A stretch of 64,000 nucleotides of DNA from a virus (IMGVR_UViG_2974597119_000001:30006-94005), one strand, 5' to 3'. Positions 9,753-18,445 are shown, counted from the first letter of the stretch. Numbers and translations are program-made. The notes: a model not told the origin generated them from the sequence alone.

Positions 9753-10039
9753 GAACGCCAATCCTTTTCATCGGCGGACCGGCCGATGGCCGGCGGAAGG
9801 TCGTGGAACACATGCCGGAATTATGGCGCGTCGAGACCATGCCAGGACTTAGCGAGCACCTTTACCGACCGACGCGCAAATCTGATCAGCCAGTGAGGTT
9901 CGAGGCCGTGCGCCATACCTACCGCCTCGAGCACCTGTACGGCGGCAACGGCCAAACGTTCCCCGTCTACGTCCATACCGACAACACGCAGGACACGATT
10001 GCCATGCTACTGGCCGGCTACCGGGAGGCGCGCGCATGA
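9749..10039 (+). CDS. Hypothetical protein
   Basis: ATGA overlap; MRTPILFIGGPADG start common in small phage proteins. Confidence 0.6.
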   Translation: MRTPILFIGGPADGRRKVVEHMPELWRVETMPGLSEHLYRPTRKSDQPVRFEAVRHTYRLEHLYGGNGQTFPVYVHTDNTQDTIAMLLAGYREARA

Positions 10040-10458
10040 CCCCCGCCGAACAACGCGCCTGGGCCCGCCTGACCGCCGACATGGCCGGCGGCGCCCACCA
10101 GTACGACTACTGGGAGGACGTGCCGGCGGACGTGCGCCAGCGCTACCTCGCGGCGACCGCCGAGCCGGTCTACGTCTCCCGCCTAACCGGCGCCGAGCTC
10201 GAGCGCTGGGCCGCGCGCGCCGCCGGCCTGGAATCGCTCGATGGCGTCGACGTGCTCGAGCGTATCGTCGAGCACTACCGGATCAAGGTCTCGCCGCTGC
10301 GCGAGATCCGCCGCGACTTCGTGCCGGCGGGCTGGGCTGCTGCAGTGGCGCACGATCCCGTCATGCCCCTGATGTTCGGCGCCACCGCACGAGAGGCCAC
10401 GCTGCGCGCGCTGGTCGGCTCGAAGTTTGGCTACACCGTTACCGAGGAGCAGGATTGA
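10036..10458 (+). CDS. Hypothetical protein
   Basis: ATGA overlap; codon bias. Confidence 0.6.
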   Translation: MTPAEQRAWARLTADMAGGAHQYDYWEDVPADVRQRYLAATAEPVYVSRLTGAELERWAARAAGLESLDGVDVLERIVEHYRIKVSPLREIRRDFVPAGWAAAVAHDPVMPLMFGATAREATLRALVGSKFGYTVTEEQD

Positions 10459-10868
10459 AGCGCGTCACCCCCAACAAGCTCGGACGCACCGCGCAGTCCG
10501 CCATCATGAGCCCGCTGACCGCTGGCCTTGTCGCGCTGCGCCTGGGCCGCGCCGACGCCGAGCACTACCACGACCTCGCCGGCGGCATGTCCATCGCCTA
10601 CCGCGCCGCCGAGCTCGTGCCGCGCCACCGGCACCTGCTGGCCGAGCTGCAGCCGGCGCTGGACGCGCTGAACGCGATCTTCGCTCGGCACCAGCAGCGC
10701 ACGGTCGAGGATGCACCGTGGAGCGGCACGGTCGAGGAAGTCGATCAGGTCGAGAACGGCATGCGTATTTATGAGGGTCTGATCAGGACGACGCCGGGCC
10801 CCGTGATGCTGCGCGCCATCGCGCGCGTGAGGCTCGATGCGGCCGAGGCCGCGAACGTACCAGACTGA
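10455..10868 (+). CDS. Hypothetical protein
   Basis: TTG start overlapping the previous stop, GAGGAG upstream. Confidence 0.55.
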   Translation: MKRVTPNKLGRTAQSAIMSPLTAGLVALRLGRADAEHYHDLAGGMSIAYRAAELVPRHRHLLAELQPALDALNAIFARHQQRTVEDAPWSGTVEEVDQVENGMRIYEGLIRTTPGPVMLRAIARVRLDAAEAANVPD

Positions 10869-10994
10869 TTGTCTGTTGCTCGAGCGCGACAACCCGCTGC
10901 GCAATCAGCGGGCTTTATCATTTTTGAGCGATAATGGACCCACATAGGGCGCAACGCTCTCAACCCACCGCGCTACGGCGCACAAGGAAAGGCT

Positions 10995-12188
10995 GTGAAC
11001 CATGTCATCCACGAAGAAGGATCTCGCCCCGTAAAAATCTGGACCGATGAGGTCGAGGACAGCGCGCTCACCCAGCTCAAGAATCTGGCGCGCCTGCCGT
11101 TCATCCACGGCAACGGCGTCGCGGCCATGCCCGACGTTCACGCTGGCATCGGCGCCACGGTCGGCAGCGTCATCGCGACGGACAAAGCGATCATCCCGGC
11201 CGCCGTCGGCGTCGACATCGGTTGCGGCATGAACGCCGTGCGCCTGTCGCTCAAAGCGTCCGACCTGCCGGAAAGCCTGACCGCCATTCGCCACCAGATC
11301 GAGCGCGACGTGCCGCTGGGCGCCGGCGGCGCACACAAGCCCGACCGTATGCCGACCATGCCCGAGCATCTGTGGAACGGCCTGGGCCTGCTGACCGCGA
11401 AGCACGAGGCCCTGGAAAAGAACAGCGCCGGCCGCCAGCTCGGCACGCTCGGCTCCGGCAATCACTTCATCGAGCTCTGCCTGGACGAGAACCAGGACGT
11501 GTGGATCATGCTGCACTCCGGCTCGCGCGGCATCGGCAACCTGATCGGCCGCTACTTCATCGAGAAGGCCAAGCGCCGGATGGAGCAGTATTTCATCAGC
11601 CTGCCCGACGGCGATCTCGCCTACCTGCCCGAGGACACCGACGACTTCAACGATTACGTCGAGGCGGTGAACTGGGCCCAGGACTACGCGCTCGAGAACC
11701 GGCGCGTCATGATGGAGGCCGTCATCGCCGCGCTGCGCCGGCATGTGTCGTCGCACCTTTTCGACTTCACGATCACCCAGGAAGCGATCAACTGCCACCA
11801 CAACTACGTCGAGAAGGAGAACCATTTCGGCCGGAACCTGTGGGTCACGCGCAAGGGCGCCATCCGCGCGCGCGCCGGAGACTTGGGCATCATTCCTGGC
11901 TCGATGGGCCAGCGCAGCTACATCGTGCGCGGCAAGGGCAATGTCGAATCCTACTGCTCATGCTCGCACGGTGCCGGCCGGAAGATGAGCCGCGCCGCCG
12001 CGCGCCGGATGTTCACGGTCGACGACCTGAAAGCACAGACCGCCGGCGTCGAGTGCCGCAAGGACGACGCCGTGCTGGACGAGATCCCGGCCAGCTACAA
12101 GGACATCGACGCCGTGATGGAAAACCAGCGCGATCTCGTCGAGGTCGTGCATGTCCTGAAACAAGTTCTGTGCGTCAAGGGCGCGTAA
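10995..12188 (+). CDS. rtcB: RtcB RNA ligase
   Basis: MPDVHAG, VGVDIGCGM, GTLGSGNHFIE, HSGSRG, CHHNY, SCSHGAGR, DEIPASYK. Confidence 0.95.
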   Translation: MNHVIHEEGSRPVKIWTDEVEDSALTQLKNLARLPFIHGNGVAAMPDVHAGIGATVGSVIATDKAIIPAAVGVDIGCGMNAVRLSLKASDLPESLTAIRHQIERDVPLGAGGAHKPDRMPTMPEHLWNGLGLLTAKHEALEKNSAGRQLGTLGSGNHFIELCLDENQDVWIMLHSGSRGIGNLIGRYFIEKAKRRMEQYFISLPDGDLAYLPEDTDDFNDYVEAVNWAQDYALENRRVMMEAVIAALRRHVSSHLFDFTITQEAINCHHNYVEKENHFGRNLWVTRKGAIRARAGDLGIIPGSMGQRSYIVRGKGNVESYCSCSHGAGRKMSRAAARRMFTVDDLKAQTAGVECRKDDAVLDEIPASYKDIDAVMENQRDLVEVVHVLKQVLCVKGA

Positions 12189-12196
12189 GGGAAGAC

Positions 12197-12649
12197 ATGA
12201 AAACCGCCCTCGAACAACAGCAAGAGATTGCTCGCGACCGCGACGAGCGGGCCTGCCGGCACGCCTACGACAACCGCTACCATAAGATCCGCGCCGCAGT
12301 CGGCTACGACGAATTCCGCGCCATCTGGTTCAAGGCGCTCGAGAGTCACGAGGTCTACGAGGCCGAGCTGCAGCGCCTCGCCGAGCTGGGCCGGAACCTG
12401 CCGCCGATGGATGATGAATCCGAGTTCGTGTTCATGAAGGTGCGCAAGGGCCTCGTGAAGCCGTCCATTCATTCCCTGGAGCACATCGTGAGTTTGATAG
12501 CTAACGGAACACCGTTCGTGGTTACGTCTGGCGTTGAGGGCGCCCGCCTACGGAAAATCGTCAGGCTGGTCGACGAAAAATTCGCCTCCGGCAACGACAT
12601 CCCGGTCGAGCGCATCACGCTCACGCGCGACGAAGTGGGGCTCGACTGA
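12197..12649 (+). CDS. Hypothetical protein
   Basis: RBS plus ATG directly after rtcB (MKTALEQQ...). Confidence 0.6.
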   Translation: MKTALEQQQEIARDRDERACRHAYDNRYHKIRAAVGYDEFRAIWFKALESHEVYEAELQRLAELGRNLPPMDDESEFVFMKVRKGLVKPSIHSLEHIVSLIANGTPFVVTSGVEGARLRKIVRLVDEKFASGNDIPVERITLTRDEVGLD

Positions 12650-12650
12650 C

Positions 12651-12887
12651 ATGGGCACCTGGGTCGGGATCCGCTGCGAGAAGCTGGGCCCGGGCTGCTT
12701 GTCGGCCGAGAACATTGGCCCGTCCGGCATGTTCGCCGACGGCTCCTACAACGTGGCCGCCGGCGTCCGGAAACTCTACGCCGACGCACATAAGCAGGGA
12801 TGGCGCCGCGAGAGCGAAGTGCCGAGCGCCGGGCCGCGCGGCGGCTGGCTGTGCCCTGTGTGTTTGAAGAACAAGGAACAATCGTGA
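12651..12887 (+). CDS. Small Cys-containing (Zn-binding?) protein
   Basis: CEKLGPGC...WLCPVC. Confidence 0.55.
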   Translation: MGTWVGIRCEKLGPGCLSAENIGPSGMFADGSYNVAAGVRKLYADAHKQGWRRESEVPSAGPRGGWLCPVCLKNKEQS

Positions 12888-14362
12888 ATGACAAGAATTC
12901 TCAATTCGTGCTGTCGGATGACGAAATCGAACGGATTGGCACGCACCACGATGTGCAAGGGCCGCACTCCTTCGCCCGCGCCATCGAATCCGCCCTGCTG
13001 TCCAAGCTGCGCGCCCCTGTAGCCGATGAGCGGTGCAAGCGGTGCGGCGGCCCCGGCTGGTACACCAGCCACACCACCGGATACCCGGAGTCGATTCCGT
13101 GCAGCGCCTGCAACCCTCAAGGCGTTTCGGCGGAGCGGCTGGAAAAGGACCCATTCTTGGCTGCGCAGCTTTGGCGCAAACCTGTGGACTTCGCGGACGC
13201 CTACGAGGGCGCCCGGGAGGATCTGGCCATCTGGAAACGGCGCGCCCTGGAAGCCGAGCGCGACTTACGCGCAGAGCGGGAAACGTCGTCGCACCTGGTT
13301 GCCGAGTTGAATGCCGAGAACGGCCCGATGCGCATGGGCGGCCCTGCCGCCCTGGCAAGCGCCCCTGTAGCCGATGAGCGGGCGGCGCTGCAAAGGATCG
13401 TGGAGACCGCAGAAGACGGTGCAAACTCCGGCGACCGTCACGCCCGCTGCGTTGAAATAGCGCGTGCCACTCTGGCAAGTGCCCCTGTAGCCGGGGAGGC
13501 GCAGCCGGCCGCCTACCTGACGCTGGACGAGGAAGGTTCGCCCAGTATGCTGTTCTTCGATGTGGTCGAGGCGCGCACCTATTGCGAACTCGGGGACGAG
13601 CCGGAGCCGCTGTTTCGTCGCTCGGCTCTCGTAGCGGGTGATGCCAATCCCCAGGCCCCTGCGGGATGGCGTTGGACGCTGCACCCGGCAGGGCTGCATC
13701 CTGATGTGTACGCGGCAGCCGCGGCCCGGGACAGCGTCGAGGACGTGCGCAATGCGGCGCTGGAGGAAGCGGCGGGACACATCGAAAGCAAGAAGCCCGT
13801 CGGGACAATCGCCCTAGTCGTTCAGGCGTTCGCCGACGAAGTGCGCACCCTCAAGTACACCCCCGCGCCCACGGCGGCAGAGGGCAGCCAGGCCAGCGAG
13901 GCGGTGCGCGATGCTATCGAGACGTGCGCCAAGATTTGCGACGGCCGCAGTGCAAGCCTGATGCAGTCGCAGATGCTGACGGCCAGCAACGAAGCGCACA
14001 AGTGCGGTATGGCAATTCGATCTCGTGCCAAGGAATTGCTTTCGCTGTCCCTGTCCGCGCAACCGGGAGCTATTCGAAATCCTCTAATAGCTGAACCATC
14101 CGGAGAGTTGGGGCGCGCCGCCACTGAGGATGTGGTGCTGCCGCCGGTTCCGAGCGCTTACAACGACACCGGCAGCTATATCGGGTACGCCAAGTCCGAC
14201 CTGCAGGCTTACGCCCGCGCCGCCGTCCTGGCCGACCGCCAGCGGCGCTCCGGGGACGCCCCGCGCGAAGACGACATGCTGACCATCGCTTACCTCGCGG
14301 GAGCGCAAGCGGAGAAAGAACGCGCCGCCCTGGCCGCGCGAAAGGAGGGGGACGATGCGTAA
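12884..14362 (+). CDS. Mosaic hypothetical protein with repeated APVA(D/G)E linkers
   Basis: GTG start with AAGGAA RBS; GCCCCTGTAGCC occurs three times. Confidence 0.65.
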   Translation: MNDKNSQFVLSDDEIERIGTHHDVQGPHSFARAIESALLSKLRAPVADERCKRCGGPGWYTSHTTGYPESIPCSACNPQGVSAERLEKDPFLAAQLWRKPVDFADAYEGAREDLAIWKRRALEAERDLRAERETSSHLVAELNAENGPMRMGGPAALASAPVADERAALQRIVETAEDGANSGDRHARCVEIARATLASAPVAGEAQPAAYLTLDEEGSPSMLFFDVVEARTYCELGDEPEPLFRRSALVAGDANPQAPAGWRWTLHPAGLHPDVYAAAAARDSVEDVRNAALEEAAGHIESKKPVGTIALVVQAFADEVRTLKYTPAPTAAEGSQASEAVRDAIETCAKICDGRSASLMQSQMLTASNEAHKCGMAIRSRAKELLSLSLSAQPGAIRNPLIAEPSGELGRAATEDVVLPPVPSAYNDTGSYIGYAKSDLQAYARAAVLADRQRRSGDAPREDDMLTIAYLAGAQAEKERAALAARKEGDDA

Positions 14363-14705
14363 AGCATTCCTCTACATCGCCACGACCGCGCTGTTCGTGG
14401 TGTGGGAAGCCTGCAAGCGCGTGCACGGCTGGTGGCGTCGGCGGGGATGATCATGATCGCCTACCTGCTCGACAACCCGCCGCTGGTCATCGCCATCGTC
14501 ACGGGCCTGATCCTGGCCGTGGTGTGCGCCGTTGCAAACTGGCCTCGACGGAAACAGATCAGAAATCAGTTGTCCGCGCGCAACAGAGCCAGCAATGACG
14601 CGGGTTCCGAGCGGTATACTGAAATCGTAGGGCGCTCATAGGGCGCAACAACGTGGATTCACATTCGTCGGCAGAGACTGTACTGTCGGCGCCGAGGGGA
14701 AAATC

Positions 14706-15071
14706 ATGAAGCGCATTCTCGTATCCATCCTGGCCGCCGCCATAATGGCGCCCGTCGCCGCGCACGCTGGCGACTTCATCGCCAAGCGGCTGCAGGACGA
14801 CGGCTCGATCATCGGCCTGACATCGGTGCCGTGCGACGGCGAGCCCGGCCACAAGGCGCTGATCGCCAAGGGCAACTGGATGGGCGCCGGCTGCTACCTC
14901 GTGATGCCCGACGGCTCCGTCAACGTGCGCTGGATCTGGAAGAAGGATCCGCTCGACGCGTACCAGCGCATCGAGCCCGCGCAGCTCCAGCCGGTCGGCG
15001 ATTTCAAGGGCTGGCCCGCCGTCGACTGGTCCAAGCAAGCGCCGTTGTCGCCAAAAGGCAACAGAGGCTGA
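14706..15071 (+). CDS. Secreted hypothetical protein
   Basis: Sec signal ending in AHA; GAGGGG RBS. Confidence 0.7.
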   Translation: MKRILVSILAAAIMAPVAAHAGDFIAKRLQDDGSIIGLTSVPCDGEPGHKALIAKGNWMGAGCYLVMPDGSVNVRWIWKKDPLDAYQRIEPAQLQPVGDFKGWPAVDWSKQAPLSPKGNRG

Positions 15072-15112
15072 TGCGCGCGACGCGCGAATCGAAATTGATG
15101 TAGAATTCGTTC

Positions 15113-15188
15113 CGTGGTGTAGCGCAGTTGGGAGCGCGCCGGGCTCATAACCCGGAGGTCGCAGGTTCGAGTCCTGTCACCGCAACCA
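15113..15188 (+). tRNA. tRNA-Met(CAT), initiator-like
   Basis: Cloverleaf, CAT anticodon, C1:A72 mismatch, GGG/CCC anticodon stem, encoded CCA; TAGAAT -10 at 15101. Confidence 0.93.
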
Positions 15189-15195
15189 GATTCAT

Positions 15196-15208
15196 CGCTC
15201 TTTCAAAA
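15196..15208 (+). promoter_or_regulatory. boxA-like antitermination element
   Basis: CGCTCTTTCAAAA resembles rrn boxA TGCTCTTTAACA and sits at the start of the RNA cluster. Confidence 0.45.
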
Positions 15209-15263
15209 CTTGTCGCGAGCACGTCGACGCCATCGAAGATGGCCGAGGCGGAAGCTCATGAAT

Positions 15264-15339
15264 TGCCAAGTATCTCAGTTGGTAGAGAGGCGCACTGTTA
15301 ATGCGCATGTCGCTGGTTCGATCCCAGCCTTGGCAGCCA
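15264..15339 (+). tRNA. tRNA-Asn(GTT)
   Basis: TGCCAAG/CTTGGCA acceptor stem, GTT anticodon, G73, CCA. Confidence 0.95.
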
Positions 15340-15495
15340 GAATGTCTACCACCGACGCTCAGCTTGCTGAGCAGCTAGATGCCAGCCTAGGGTGGGAATG
15401 GCTGGACCCAAACCGGACGGGTATTGCGGGCGTGTGGTAACGCTCAAGAGACGGGGACTACGCCCGACTGGCCGCCGTAAGCGGCCATCGATTTC

Positions 15496-15573
15496 CGGTC
15501 CCTAGCTCAGTCCGATTAGAGCGTTCGCTTTGGGAGCGAAGGGTCGCAGGTTTGAATCCTGCGGGACCGACCA
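15496..15573 (+). tRNA. tRNA-Pro(TGG)
   Basis: CGGTCCC/GGGACCG acceptor stem, TGG anticodon, CCA; variant T-loop TTTGAAT. Confidence 0.92.
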
Positions 15574-15993
15574 GAATTGCAGCAGTGCCGAGCCCGCTCG
15601 ATGACGACTGAGTGCCCAACTGGCGGGAAACAAGTTCGTCCGATTGGCCCCCGTTAACAGGCCCGTGAGCTCCCTGGCAACAGGGACCACACGTAAGCAG
15701 GTTGGTCGGATAGCGGCGCAAGCCGTGATGCTTCCGAGGTGATGACCAGCCAGCCTGCTACCGTGTGGTGCTCAGCCCCAGTTGAACCTCTGAAACATGA
15801 GACCGGCCCCGGAAGGTGTAGCTTCGGCACGACCGCCCAAGGACTGGCAGATAGCAGACACTGAGCACCGCTCGCATACACCTGTGAGAGAAGTCCCCGC
15901 CGACGCCAGAAGCTGGCCGAGGGGCAGGCGCAGATCGGAGTCGTAAGCCGCCAAATCGAGTAGCACGTAACCTGGGCCGCGTAAGTGCCCAGG
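15574..15993 (+). ncRNA. Unassigned structured RNA, region A
   Basis: No credible ORF; nested stems ACCACACG/CGTGTGGT and GGTGCTCAG/CTGAGCACC; GCAA tetraloop hairpins. Confidence 0.5.
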
Positions 15994-16069
15994 ATCCTCA
16001 AGACGTGGTGCTGAACATCCTTGGTCGGGTTTCCGGGGTGGTTCCCGGACAGCACCACGCCTTGAGGAT

Positions 16070-16378
16070 GGTAGTGTGCGGGCCTCGGCCCGCGAGACGT
16101 GAAGTGAATGGCGTTCGGACGCGGGTTCAATTCCCGCCGGCTCCACCACTGGCAGCATTGGCGTCGAGCTCAGCATCCCCGGGGTCCGGATCACGGGTGA
16201 GTTCCAGTGCTGCCAGTCATGGGGCCGACCGGTTTCGACGGGCGCGCTGCAGCGGATCGGACTACTCGGCAAGCGGAGCCGTAAACCAAGCAAAATCGTA
16301 GACGCCAACGACGACTACATCCGCGCCGCTGCTTAAGCGGTGACGGCCTCCCCCGGCAGGTGGCAACAGAAGCCGGGG
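16070..16378 (+). ncRNA. ssrA: Circularly permuted two-piece tmRNA: acceptor piece ~16070-16148, intervening segment 16149-16220, coding piece 16221-~16378; tag ANDDYIRAAA
   Basis: T-arm plus CGGCTCCACCA precedes GGGGCCGACCGGTTTCGAC; G3:U70 pair; tag ORF 16304-16336. Confidence 0.92.
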
Positions 16379-16436
16379 ACCATCATCGAAGCGGCATTCG
16401 AGCCGGGGATAAGCCCGGCCCGCTTCGATGATGGTG

Positions 16437-17330
16437 TCCCGCAAGGGATGGGATTGACCCACACGCAAACGTCCTTCGAGGCGGTACCCGCTGGCGACGG
16501 TTAAAGCAGCCAGCTCATCACGTCCGCCCTGGCGACGAAAAGGCCAGGACCATTGGTCCGGGGTCGCCCCCCAGCATGCCGGCGGGTCGCCGAGGAAGAA
16601 CGACCGTCGATCCGGAAAACGAGGCACGGGTTCTCGGATGGCTCGCCGGCATGTGGACCGCCATGATGATGGCGCTCCTGGCGCAGTAGTGCGGAGGGAC
16701 TTGTCTATCCCCGAGCCGCGTCAGGGCGCCGCCATGATGGCGAATGCCCTGACTGACGGGCACGTCCTAAGTGGCGTGGGGATAGGCATCCACGCTGCCG
16801 GTTAGATTCCGGCCGCCGTCAACGAGGAAAGCCCCGGTACGCAAGCCGGCAAGCGGAGGCAGAGCCCGCTCCGCCTCAAGCGCAGGGTCAGCGCGCCGCG
16901 CGGCTGGAAGGCCGCAAGAGTCTTCCGGACCGATCCGTCGGTCTCGGCCGCAGGCCCGGGACCCCGGGAACGAAAGCGGATGCTGAGATACCGCCCGCAA
17001 GGCGGATCATTTCAGTGCAGCGAGTAGGAGGTCGGGAGAACCGTTCCGGCGGCAGTCATGCGCGCAGGAGCAAACGTCAGACCCAGCCAATCCATACGGT
17101 CGGTGGAAGTCCGAGCCGGAGACGTAACCGGCACCCTGACGCGCAGCAGGCAGGCTGCGCGGTCCTATCCCAAGGATCACCGGTAGGAAGGAAACGCCGG
17201 GCCGATGAGGGTCGCGAGCCTGAGCACAGGGGCCGACTGACGATAAATTGGGAAGCCATCGCGAGAGTGCGAGGCCCGCTTGCCGGGCCGCCTATCGATC
17301 CAAGTTGACGGTTTCGTTACTTGACTCTCA
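16437..17330 (+). ncRNA. Unassigned structured RNA, region B (one large RNA or several small ones)
   Basis: No credible ORF; many CGCAAG/GNRA hairpins, T-loop-like hairpins and a tRNA-like cloverleaf at 16754-16821. Confidence 0.5.
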
Positions 17331-17480
17331 CTTCAAAAAATCGAGTCCGATCAACGGGTTAAGTCCCTGTTTGAAACCTACTTGCGCGCTTCTGGCGCAC
17401 ATAATCCACATGCCCATTTGCTAAATCGTGCGCGGCCACAGATTGGTCACAGAGCAACAAACCAACAGTCCACACCCATC

Positions 17481-18377
17481 ATGCGCGCACATGGCAACAA
17501 TCGGATTACTGAACCTATCGTGAAGTATCGCCCAGGCACCGTGCACACAGAGCACAACGTGCACGGGCTGAGCATTCACCACGTCTCGGACGTGACTGGG
17601 GTCGAAAACATCCTCGTCCCCGAGCACTCGATATTCCTGGTCAACACACCCGTGATCTCACTGGATACGTGGCAAGGGGAGCGCCTGCCCCCGCGCCACT
17701 GGGCTACCGGCGACGTAGCGTTTCTACCGGCCGGATCAGAAATCACATCCACCCCGGATAGACCCTACGGCAGTGCCATGATCCGCGTGAACGACGAGGC
17801 GTTCAAAAGGGCCACGAGCTGCGACCTGCAGTACGACAGCGCCGAGCTTCGGTATGTCGGAATGTCGAACCCCATCGTCTCCCGCATCGCGACCACAGTG
17901 GCAATTTCTCTCGTGCAGCATCCGCCATGCGCCTTGCTTGTCGATAGCCTCGCGACGACCCTGAGCATCGCAGTGCTCAACGAGATCACCGGCAGGCCCA
18001 GGAAGGAGATGAGCGGAGCCCTCTGCCCCAAGAGGAAGCAGCGCGTGATCGAGTACATCGAGGCGAATATTGGGGATCCAATCACCCTGTCCGAACTCGC
18101 GAGCGTGGCGGCGCTCAGCCCTCACCATTTCAGCCGGTCGTTCCGTCGGACGTTCGGTGTTTCGCCAGTGCGATACGTCTGGACGCGGCGCATCGACATG
18201 GCAAAGCGGTTGATGCGCTACTCGGCGCTGCCGCTCGCGGCGGTCGCCTTGACGTGTGGCTTCTCCAGCCAAAGCCACTTCTCGACGGCGTTCCGGGTGG
18301 CGACCGGAGTGACGCCGGCCGCCTACATGCGCACGATCACCGATATCGCGCGACCGAGGGATTCTCGAGCGACCTGA
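17481..18377 (+). CDS. AraC-family transcriptional regulator (start uncertain)
   Basis: ITLSELASVAALSPHHFSRSF...VALTCGFSSQSHFSTAFR double HTH. Confidence 0.9.
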   Translation: MRAHGNNRITEPIVKYRPGTVHTEHNVHGLSIHHVSDVTGVENILVPEHSIFLVNTPVISLDTWQGERLPPRHWATGDVAFLPAGSEITSTPDRPYGSAMIRVNDEAFKRATSCDLQYDSAELRYVGMSNPIVSRIATTVAISLVQHPPCALLVDSLATTLSIAVLNEITGRPRKEMSGALCPKRKQRVIEYIEANIGDPITLSELASVAALSPHHFSRSFRRTFGVSPVRYVWTRRIDMAKRLMRYSALPLAAVALTCGFSSQSHFSTAFRVATGVTPAAYMRTITDIARPRDSRAT

Positions 18378-18408
18378 TGCGCAATCAGACGATCTGACCG
18401 GAAGAAGC

Positions 18409-18445
18409 AAGCCCCGCAGTCGTTTCCAACGTGCGGGGCTTTTTT
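18409..18445 (+). terminator. Rho-independent terminator
   Basis: AAGCCCCGCA...TGCGGGGCTTTTTT. Confidence 0.8.

Noticed and set aside
15767-15869. SRP (4.5S) RNA, from CCGGAAGG in a ~100-nt closed stem
   Set aside because: The conserved CAGG/AGCAG loop is absent (CCGG/TGTAG) and the fold looks branched; kept only as part of region A
16118-16148. tmRNA 3' end as an att remnant
   Set aside because: The complementary 5' half and tag follow it, and the integrase-linked att is tRNA-His
16825-16880. Twister ribozyme-like CCGG..CAAGCCGG..GCGGAG
   Set aside because: No UAA cleavage motif or matching pseudoknot found
17200-17250. Hammerhead-like CCGATGAG / CTGACGA
   Set aside because: No correctly placed GAAA core
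15210-17308. ORF-track calls across the RNA cluster
   Set aside because: They overlap tRNAs, tmRNA or stems, and lack an RBS or codon bias
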